NCBI GenBank assembly: GCA_040905565.1
Contig: JBBDRF010000089.1
Coordinates: 48,996 to 70,138 of the forward strand
Length of the DNA: 21,143 nt
Direction: 5' to 3'
Origin: Phycisphaeraceae bacterium
GTDB lineage: Bacteria; Planctomycetota; Phycisphaerae; Phycisphaerales; Zrk34
Shown: piece after piece, positions 1-7,008 of the stretch
Layout of the letters: every line of letters starts with the position of its first letter
How positions within the stretch are numbered: the stretch's first letter is position 1
Program-made: the position numbers and the translations under genes
Notes under the pieces: model-generated
Seen by the model: the letters and a program-made list of their open reading frames with translations, nothing else
Told to the model about the DNA's origin: nothing
Databases searched by the model: none

Positions 1-10
1 TAACGTGTTT

Positions 11-2740
11 TCAGGGGGGGCGGTGACGGAGGGAGAGGCTTTCGAGTTGGCGTTGCCAGGGTTGGCCGCCGAGTTCGCTGTCGTTCAGGCGAAGGCGCTG
101 GATGGCGCGGAAGATTTCGGTGCGGACCTGCTGCGCCTGCTGCTGCTCGTCGTCGGCGATGAGTTCATCGTAGGTAGCGTCGCGGATCTCGAGCGTCATC
201 ACCCAGCTGTGCCACCAGGTTCGGCCTTCCTTGGTGGGGTGCAGGCGGAGGATGCGGTTGACCAGCGGGCGGGCGCGTTCGTGGTCGCCTTGAGCGAGGG
301 CGGTCTGCGCCAGTTCGTAGAGCACTTCGAGCTGGTTGGATCCCGTGGCGGTTTCGCCGGCTTCGTTCGTGCCTAGTTCCATCTCGTAAAGCGATTCGAG
401 CAGTTCGCGTGATGCTTCGAGCTGGCCTGCTGCTCGCTGCTGCTGGGCGAGGATGATCCGAAGGTTGAGGCGGCGAAGCGGGTCGTCGCGATATTCCGGC
501 TGCCGATCGGCCCACGCGACCAGATCTTCGGCGAGCTGAACGGCGAGCTGATTAAGCTGGTCGGCGGCCTCGGCATCGCCCTGCTGCCGCAGGTCGTCGG
601 CACGATCGGTGACAGACTGGAGGGCACCGGTGATGAGCGAGCCGCCCTCCTCCGTGCCACGCTCAGCGAAGGCCTGCACGCGCTGACGCGCGTCATCGAA
701 ACGCCCGAGGCCGACGGCGATGCTCACCTGCAACCGCTCGTAATGGCGTAGAAGATCATCAATCTGCCCGAAGCGGTCCACGAAATCCGCCAGCAGCTGT
801 TCGGCTCCCTCGGCGTCGTCGATCTGCTGAAGCAGCAGTTCCGCTTTGATGAGAACGGCGTCGCCATGCTTCTGACGAAGCGATTCCCGGCGGCCGGGCC
901 GGTCCTGGTTCCGCTCGAACACATCGATGGCCAGGTCGACCGCTTCGAGGGCCTGGCGGCCACGCCGACCGCGATCGTCGGGCTCGGCACCGAGCCAGTA
1001 GGTGTGAAAAATGACGGCCGTCTCGTACAGCGCATCGGGATAGAAGGTGTGCTCGATGGCAACCTGGTTGTAAGCGGCGATCGCTTCATCGTACCGTTTC
1101 TGACGACGCAGGAACGCGGCACGGGTGTAGGTGTGCTGACGCGCTACGCGGTGGTCCGGCTGATGGTGGAGCAGCGTCTCCGAAGCGGCGTCGAAGAGTT
1201 CGATCACGTTGTCACGATCGGGATACTGACGGTAAAGCGTGTGGGCGAGCGTGAAGGCGTTGATGGTGGCGTTGACCGCTTCAGGCTGATCGGGGAGCAG
1301 GCGGCCGAGCTCGACCCACTGCTGAATCGCAGCGACGGGCCGTTCACGCTGATAGGCCATGCTGCCGAGCCGGAAGCGGGCGCGCGACTGGGTGCGATCG
1401 TCAAGGCTGGGCCGAGCGATCACTTCCTCAAGTACAGCCTGGGCGGCTTCGAATTCCTCATCGGCGGCTGCGGGTTGGTCCTCGCGGAGCGTGAGGCCTC
1501 GGTCGATCATCGCATCGGCGTGAGCGAGGGCGATAAGGGCGGGCTCGTCGACGAGTTCGGCGGGCGTCTTCGGTTCGGTCGCCAGACGGGCTGCGACGAA
1601 CGAACGCACCTGATCCTTCACGTCCGCAATCAGCGGCTCTTCGAACAGCTGCTCGAAAACGTCGAGATCGTCGGTCACGCGATACCACGCATCGTGCGTG
1701 AGAATGACCAGCGGCGGCGGGATGGTAGCGTCACTGTTGCGGAAGGAGCCGAGGATTTCCTCGACCTGCTCGACCGCCGCAGCCTCGCGGCCGGCGCCCT
1801 TGAGCGCGTGCACCCACGCCAGACGCACCCACAAGCCCTGCCCGGTGATGTCGTCGGCCGTAGCCTGCTTGATGGGGGCGAGCAATTCCTGCGCCTCGCC
1901 GTATTCGCCGGCCTTCACAAGGACCCGGCCGATGAGGCTGTCGAGCTCGCTTTGGGCGGCGTCGTTGAGGTTGTCGCGGCTGACCTCCCGGAGCTGCTGG
2001 AGCGCGGCGTCGGTGGAGCTGGTGGGCTCGGTGGTGAGCGTGGCGTAGTAACTGGCCCAGCCGCGTGCGAAGGGGATGCGCCGGGACATGAAGTCGCGGT
2101 TGAGCATCGTCCAGTAGCCGGTGTTGACGAAGGCGGACTGAAAATCATCACGGCGCGGGAGGCTGCCTTGCAGATCGAACGCCTCGAGGAACGCGATCTC
2201 CATCTGCTCGTGAGCGATGGGCACGAGTCGGTCGAATGCATCACGCGCCTGCCGCGTGGGCACGCCGAACTCCACGAACTCGCCGGCGTTCAGGTGACGC
2301 ACCGGCAACGCGACGCGCAGAATGAACTCCGCCAGCTCGGTGCGCCAGATGGGACGCTGGGGATGATCTTCGCCGGCGGCGTCGACGAGCGTGCGGTAGG
2401 CGGCGATGACCTCGTCGACAGCTTCCATGCGCTGGTCGGGCGGGAGCGATTCGTCGTCAAAATCGAGCTTGTGAAGCTCGATGCGAATGGCCTGCTCGTC
2501 GAGCGCATCCTCGGGCGGGTTGTTTTCCAGGTAGTAGCGGAGCAGGTCCTGCATGCCTCGCTCACGAAGGCCCGTGGCGAAGCGGCTTTCGTCAAGCTCA
2601 GTGCGAACGGCGAGGGCGTTGTGCTGAGGCGCGAGTGTGAAGATGACCGTGAGCAGGAGCGTCAGCGTACCGGCGGCATTGAGACGACGGCCGTTCGCGG
2701 GGGTCCAACGGGAAGCGTGCAGTGTCGGGCGATGCAGCAA
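11..2740 (-). CDS. Large exported TPR-like alpha-solenoid protein (about 909 aa), last visible gene of the ExbBD unit
   Basis: Long ORF 12 nt downstream of the exbD stop. N-terminal basic then hydrophobic stretch ending in ALA-VR (signal-peptide-like). Many TPR-like helix pairs, e.g. ARFRLGSMAYQRERPVAAIQQW, RAAFLRRQKRYDEAIAAYNQV, VLYELAQTALAQGDHERARPLV. TTG start at 2740 is uncertain. Confidence 0.8.
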   Translation of the reverse strand: MLHRPTLHASRWTPANGRRLNAAGTLTLLLTVIFTLAPQHNALAVRTELDESRFATGLRERGMQDLLRYYLENNPPEDALDEQAIRIELHKLDFDDESLPPDQRMEAVDEVIAAYRTLVDAAGEDHPQRPIWRTELAEFILRVALPVRHLNAGEFVEFGVPTRQARDAFDRLVPIAHEQMEIAFLEAFDLQGSLPRRDDFQSAFVNTGYWTMLNRDFMSRRIPFARGWASYYATLTTEPTSSTDAALQQLREVSRDNLNDAAQSELDSLIGRVLVKAGEYGEAQELLAPIKQATADDITGQGLWVRLAWVHALKGAGREAAAVEQVEEILGSFRNSDATIPPPLVILTHDAWYRVTDDLDVFEQLFEEPLIADVKDQVRSFVAARLATEPKTPAELVDEPALIALAHADAMIDRGLTLREDQPAAADEEFEAAQAVLEEVIARPSLDDRTQSRARFRLGSMAYQRERPVAAIQQWVELGRLLPDQPEAVNATINAFTLAHTLYRQYPDRDNVIELFDAASETLLHHQPDHRVARQHTYTRAAFLRRQKRYDEAIAAYNQVAIEHTFYPDALYETAVIFHTYWLGAEPDDRGRRGRQALEAVDLAIDVFERNQDRPGRRESLRQKHGDAVLIKAELLLQQIDDAEGAEQLLADFVDRFGQIDDLLRHYERLQVSIAVGLGRFDDARQRVQAFAERGTEEGGSLITGALQSVTDRADDLRQQGDAEAADQLNQLAVQLAEDLVAWADRQPEYRDDPLRRLNLRIILAQQQRAAGQLEASRELLESLYEMELGTNEAGETATGSNQLEVLYELAQTALAQGDHERARPLVNRILRLHPTKEGRTWWHSWVMTLEIRDATYDELIADDEQQQAQQVRTEIFRAIQRLRLNDSELGGQPWQRQLESLSLRHRPP

Positions 2741-2752
2741 GGCGAAGGCCTT

Positions 2753-3307
2753 TCAGTCGCGGGGCTGGGCGAAGTTGATGTTGGCGTAACGGGCGCGGAA
2801 AGCCGCGTTGAACGCATTGACCAGGTGAGCCCATCGGACAGTTGAATCGGCGTGAATGATGACCGGATCGTCGGCGTTGAACGGGGCGGACTGATCGTCC
2901 ACCGTGGCCTGCATCGAACGCATCTTAATGTACAGTTCGTGGAAGTCGCCGGGGGGCGAGGGGTCGCCGACGAGTTCGATGGAGACGTCGCCGCCGCCGA
3001 GGCTTCGCAGTGTGATCTCGATCGGCTGAGCGGGCGGCTTCTCGTCGGATTCCGCAGCACTTTCGCCACGCGGCAGGTCGGCGGGGAGGATGCCTTCGCC
3101 CAGTGCGAAGCTGGCGGTGAGCACGAAGAAGATCAGCAGCAGGAAGCAGACGTCGAGCATCGGCGTGAGGTTGATCTCGTGGACACGGCTGACCGGCCGA
3201 TAGTTGCGCGCCCGTGATTCGTGGTGCACGGTCTCGCTGGAAGCGACGTGCTCCAGATGGTCCGCGGACTCGGCGTGACGCTCGGGATTGGATCTGGGAT
3301 CGCTCAT
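2753..3307 (-). CDS. exbD: ExbD/TolR family biopolymer transport protein (copy 2, with N-terminal extension)
   Basis: Signature EINLTPMLDVCFLLLIFFVL with the conserved TM Asp; C-terminal VIIHADSTVRWAHLVNAFNA matches the ExbD periplasmic I-x-AD motif. Confidence 0.9.
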   Translation of the reverse strand: MSDPRSNPERHAESADHLEHVASSETVHHESRARNYRPVSRVHEINLTPMLDVCFLLLIFFVLTASFALGEGILPADLPRGESAAESDEKPPAQPIEITLRSLGGGDVSIELVGDPSPPGDFHELYIKMRSMQATVDDQSAPFNADDPVIIHADSTVRWAHLVNAFNAAFRARYANINFAQPRD

Positions 3308-3313
3308 GATGAA

Positions 3314-3775
3314 TTACTCGGGGGCGCTGACGTTGTTCTCACGGTCGAGCAGTGCGACCAGGTTGATGCGGCCGACGCCGGCGGCGGTGATGGCGTTCAT
3401 GATCGGCCTCACGTTGCCGTACTCGATGCTGGCGTCGGCGCGGAGGTCGACTTCGACGTCTTCGTAACGCGCCTGCTCTTCTTCGATGAGGCGGGTGAGT
3501 TCGCTGTAATCGCCCGGCTCAATGTTGGCGATGCCCACGCGGATGCCGCGCGCCCGGCCCGTGCCCTCATCAGGCAGGACGTTGATGATGAGACGCTCGC
3601 GGTTGCCCGCCTCGTAAGCCTGCGAGGTTTCGGGGTCGGGGGCTTCGAGCTCGGGAAGCTGGGCGGCACTGAAGTTCGTCACCAGCAGGAAGAAGACGAT
3701 GAGCTGAAACACCAGATCCAGCATCGGCGTCAGGTTCAGCTCGGCACTACGTTTGGTCACCTTGTGGCGGGCCAT
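3314..3775 (-). CDS. exbD: ExbD/TolR family biopolymer transport protein (copy 1)
   Basis: Signature ELNLTPMLDLVFQLIVFFLL with conserved TM Asp; VDLRADASIEYGNVRPIMNAITAAGVGRINL C-terminal motif; directly downstream of the ExbB-family gene. Confidence 0.92.
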   Translation of the reverse strand: MARHKVTKRSAELNLTPMLDLVFQLIVFFLLVTNFSAAQLPELEAPDPETSQAYEAGNRERLIINVLPDEGTGRARGIRVGIANIEPGDYSELTRLIEEEQARYEDVEVDLRADASIEYGNVRPIMNAITAAGVGRINLVALLDRENNVSAPE

Positions 3776-3796
3776 GGGCGGAAGTCCTCAGCGGGT

Positions 3797-4648
3797 TCAG
3801 TCTTTGTTGCGATCTTCCCGGCTGCTTGACGAGCGGGAGGACCGGCCCGATTTGCTGCTGGACTTGCTGCTGCTACTGCTGCTGGGTTTGCCTGCGACGG
3901 CGGCGGCGACGGGGCGCTGCTTGCGGGCGGCGGGCGAGAACTGGCTGATCAGCAACTCGGCCTGGATCATCGTTTCGACGACGAGCGCGTCGATCTTGTT
4001 GCGGATGAGCGCGGCGGCGGCGATGGCGGGGATGCCGACGATCAGGCCCCAAAACGTCGTGACCAGCGCGGTTCGAATGCCGCCGGCCAGCTGCGCGGGG
4101 TCAGGCGTACCGCCGACGCGGACGATGGTATCGAACGCTTCGATCATGCCGTAGACCGTGCCGAAGAGCCCGATCATCGGGCCGACCTGTCCGAACACGG
4201 CGAGCAGCTCGATCGAGCGAATCCGCTTGGCGCCGAGCAGGTCGGACGTCTCCTCGATCGCGCGTTCCATGGCCCCGTACCCGTTGGCCGCTTCGCTGAG
4301 CGAGGCGTGCATGACCTGCCCGAAGACGCTGTCGTCTTCGCCGGCTGCGTTGATCGCTTCGCGGAACTGTTTGTCGCTGAGAAGCTCTTCCTGCTCGAGG
4401 ACCGACTCGGGGGGGATGATGACGGTGGCCTTGTTGAGCATCAGGTGCTGAAGGATCAGCGCCACCACGACGACGGACATGAGAATCAGCACCCAGGTGA
4501 CGGTGATGCCGACGACGCTGGAGGACCAGAAGAACATCTCGAAGACGTTGGTCGCTTCCTGCTCCTCCTGCGCCTGCGCCCTGACGGGACTGGCGAAAAG
4601 GGCGAGGGCGAACAGCATGACGGCGGGGATGATGGCTCGATGGGTCAT
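3797..4648 (-). CDS. exbB: MotA/TolQ/ExbB proton channel family protein (283 aa from ATG 4648)
   Basis: GPMIGLFGTVYGMIEAF and GGIRTALVTTFWGLIVGIPA TM motifs with both conserved Thr. ATG at 4648 is preceded by GGAAG and followed by a signal-peptide-like MTHRAIIPAVMLFALALFASPVRA. An alternative GTG at 4726 overlaps the upstream stop (GTGA). Confidence 0.9.
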   Translation of the reverse strand: MTHRAIIPAVMLFALALFASPVRAQAQEEQEATNVFEMFFWSSSVVGITVTWVLILMSVVVVALILQHLMLNKATVIIPPESVLEQEELLSDKQFREAINAAGEDDSVFGQVMHASLSEAANGYGAMERAIEETSDLLGAKRIRSIELLAVFGQVGPMIGLFGTVYGMIEAFDTIVRVGGTPDPAQLAGGIRTALVTTFWGLIVGIPAIAAAALIRNKIDALVVETMIQAELLISQFSPAARKQRPVAAAVAGKPSSSSSSKSSSKSGRSSRSSSSREDRNKD

Positions 4649-4722
4649 ATGACTTCCGATAGTACAAAAGCGTTTGGGTGTGAGGAGGACGCGGGGGCGG
4701 CACCAACGTTCGGCAAAGACGC

Positions 4723-5760
4723 TCACGGCAAACTCCCGAGCAATTGCTCGATTTCTTCGAGCTTGGCGTCATCGCCCTCGGCGGCGACTTTGGCCTCGTC
4801 CCACAGATCGCGGGCGTGCTCGGGCTGGTTGAGTTTCACGAATATCTTGCCGGCCTCAAGGAGACTGGGCAGGTAATAGTGATTGCTGACGGTTGGGAAG
4901 TGAATGATCACACGCATGAACGCGAGGGCGGCATCGCGGTCGCGGCCGAGGCCGACGAGGATCGTCCCCCGCTGATAAAACAGTCGATCCAGCTCACCCT
5001 CACCCTGCTCAAGCGATTGGTCAACCGCAGCGAGCGCGTCCTCAAACTGGGCCTCATCAATCAGCTCGTCGATGGCGTCGCGGGCGGGGCCCTGCGCCCG
5101 GCGGCCGACGAGCATCGTGCCTTCGCTCGGCGAAGCTTGGGCGTCCTCGCTGTCGGGCTCGGCTTCAAGACGCAAGATCAATTCGCCGAGCGGCTGACGC
5201 GCCACGGCATCAGATGTCTGGGCGAAACGCCGACGGACAAGCTCCTCAAGCGCCTCACGCGTCGGCGCATCTTCGGGTAGCTGCTGCGGCGTCGCCGCCC
5301 GCGCGATCGCACCATGATCCCGCGCCAGCAGGCCGAGAAATTCCCGGACCGCCTGCTCCGACTCGCCCGCCCGATCTAGGCTAACGACGAGCTTGGCGTG
5401 AAAAAGCACCTTCAGATCGTCTTCGCGAATCTCTTCCAGCGCTTGCTGATACTTGGCAGCCGCTTCGGCGTACGCGCCATCAACGGCGAGCTGCTCGGCT
5501 TCGCCCACCGCGGGGTAGCGCTCGATCTTGATCATCTCCACCGAAGCCACGGCGGCCTGGCGACTGTTGCCCGACGACGTTTCGTAGAGCAGCATCTCGT
5601 CGCGAAGCCCGGTGACCCGAACGTTCTGGCGAGAGATGCCCCCCAGGCTCAGCTCGTCGGCCACGGCGGTCGGCATCGGCAGCAGAGTCGTGATCAGCAT
5701 CGCGCCGAAAGCGAGTACGGCGACGCGAGCGAACGATGGTTTGGATGCTCGGTTGCTCAT
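4723..5760 (-). CDS. Exported TPR-containing protein (345 aa), C-terminal repeats reminiscent of CpoB/BamD-type TPRs
   Basis: Signal-peptide-like N-terminus ending AVA-DE; TPR-like YAEAAAKYQQAL and LFYQRGTILVGLGRDRDAALAFMRVIIHFP; ATGA overlap with the upstream vWA gene stop. Confidence 0.8.
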   Translation of the reverse strand: MSNRASKPSFARVAVLAFGAMLITTLLPMPTAVADELSLGGISRQNVRVTGLRDEMLLYETSSGNSRQAAVASVEMIKIERYPAVGEAEQLAVDGAYAEAAAKYQQALEEIREDDLKVLFHAKLVVSLDRAGESEQAVREFLGLLARDHGAIARAATPQQLPEDAPTREALEELVRRRFAQTSDAVARQPLGELILRLEAEPDSEDAQASPSEGTMLVGRRAQGPARDAIDELIDEAQFEDALAAVDQSLEQGEGELDRLFYQRGTILVGLGRDRDAALAFMRVIIHFPTVSNHYYLPSLLEAGKIFVKLNQPEHARDLWDEAKVAAEGDDAKLEEIEQLLGSLP

Positions 5761-6827
5761 CGTAATCCCAGGTCGGCCTCCGTGATGAATTTGTAGATGC
5801 CGCCGTGCTCCTCTGCGATCTGCTTGAGCGTTTCGAGTTGATCGGGGTAGATGAACTGGATGGTGTTGATGGCTGTGCGCTGATTGGGGTTGGTCTGCTT
5901 GAGCATGCTCAGCAGTTCCTCGCGGTTGATCTCGTAGCGGCCGCTGCCGGTGATGTTGTCCGAGAGGACGAACAACAGCTCGGGGCGGTAGCGCATGACC
6001 AGCCGCAGCGCAGGCTGGGGATTTGTCGAGCCTCGGGGCGAGAGGTTGCCATGCTCGAGGGTCACCCAGTCGGCGACGCGGCGTTTGAATTCGTCGTTGG
6101 CCGGCTTCCAGCCCTGGGGGGGCACTTCGGTGGCGCCGTCGGCCTGGTAGAAGATGATGGTGAATTCCTGGCGATCGCTGAGTTCGCTGATCGAGCGTTT
6201 GAGCTCTTCCAGGACGAAGGGCATGGTGTCGATCATGGAGCCGGAAGCGTCGATGACGTAGGCGATGCGTCGGGCGTTGCCGCCTGTGCCGTAGAACTCC
6301 GCGCCTGCTTCGCCGCCGCTGCTGGTGGTGCCGAAGGGGGCGAGGCTGCCGCCCGCGCCGCCGCCGCTTAGCCCGACGAGTTCCACTTCGTTTTCACTGA
6401 GGTCCATCTCCTCCATGGAATCCTCGGTGTCGACCTCTTCGGAATCGACTTCGCGGACATCCTGGGCGGCGTCGAACTGCTCAGAGTCGGACTGGGCGAG
6501 CGCGCCGCCGACGTTTTCGCTTAGCCGGGCGATGGGGACGATCGCCTCCTGCTCTTCCTCGATGATCATGACCGACCATACGAGCACGAGGCCGAGCACA
6601 ATGACCGCGACGTGCAGCAGCAGCGACGTCATCCATGGAAGGACAACCCACATCGCACTCGGCGGAGCGTGCTCTTCTTCGAGGAGCTCTTCTTCGGGCT
6701 CATCAGTATCTTCAGGAGGGGCGGCGTCGGCGGATGGGGAAGCTTGCGACTTTTCGCCGGAATCGGCAGCGGCGTCGGGAGGAATCTTGCCACCGGAATC
6801 GGGGTCAGCGAAAAGCCAGAACCACAT
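5757..6827 (-). CDS. Single-pass membrane protein with C-terminal von Willebrand factor A (vWA) domain (356 aa)
   Basis: MIDAS elements IAYVIDASGSM (DxSxS, 6237-6251), GSTNP and LFVLSDN; one TM helix WMTSLLLHVAVIVLGLVLVW; acidic and Gly-rich linker. ATG 6827 is preceded by GAGGA, whereas the TTG at 6926 overlaps the predicted -10 box. Confidence 0.82.
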   Translation of the reverse strand: MWFWLFADPDSGGKIPPDAAADSGEKSQASPSADAAPPEDTDEPEEELLEEEHAPPSAMWVVLPWMTSLLLHVAVIVLGLVLVWSVMIIEEEQEAIVPIARLSENVGGALAQSDSEQFDAAQDVREVDSEEVDTEDSMEEMDLSENEVELVGLSGGGAGGSLAPFGTTSSGGEAGAEFYGTGGNARRIAYVIDASGSMIDTMPFVLEELKRSISELSDRQEFTIIFYQADGATEVPPQGWKPANDEFKRRVADWVTLEHGNLSPRGSTNPQPALRLVMRYRPELLFVLSDNITGSGRYEINREELLSMLKQTNPNQRTAINTIQFIYPDQLETLKQIAEEHGGIYKFITEADLGLR

Positions 6828-6925
6828 AAACGCGTCCTCTTCGTTCCTGCCGCGAAAGTCGCAAAAGACCTGCTTCCGTTTATCGGCAATTTTCAGTCCG
6901 CACTTCGCCCTATTTCGAACAGCCA

Positions 6926-6955
6926 ATTATAACAAAGGATAAGCAAGATTGCGAA
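6926..6955 (-). promoter_or_regulatory. Sigma70-type promoter with perfect extended -10 for the vWA-TPR-exbB-exbD-exbD-TPR unit
   Basis: Minus strand reads TGTTATAAT (6934..6926), i.e. TGnTATAAT, in an AT-rich intergenic island; weak -35 TTCGCA (6955..6950) at 18 nt spacing; about 100 nt upstream of ATG 6827. Confidence 0.65.
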
Positions 6956-7008
6956 ATCCTGAATCTTTTTCCGCGGCGGAACGGGCCTACGCAGCCTCGG
7001 TAGGACCC

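Noticed and set aside
2660..2700. Twin-arginine (Tat) signal in the 909-aa TPR protein (GRRLN)
   Set aside because: Lacks the S/T-R-R-x-F-L consensus; a Sec signal is the simpler reading.
866..2845. 659-aa plus-strand ORF and other long plus-strand ORFs (e.g. 9780-10862, 12068-13096, 13699-14655, 15075-16445, 18394-19215)
   Set aside because: Antisense shadows of motif-bearing minus-strand genes; expected in high-GC DNA with biased codon usage; no recognisable motifs.
4649..4726. 26-aa N-terminal extension of ExbB from GTG 4726
   Set aside because: It would bury the signal-peptide-like sequence starting at ATG 4648, which has GGAAG upstream; not fully excluded because of the GTGA overlap.
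6828..6926. 33-aa N-terminal extension of the vWA protein from TTG 6926
   Set aside because: The TTG overlaps the predicted -10 box; ATG 6827 has a good GAGGA ribosome-binding site.
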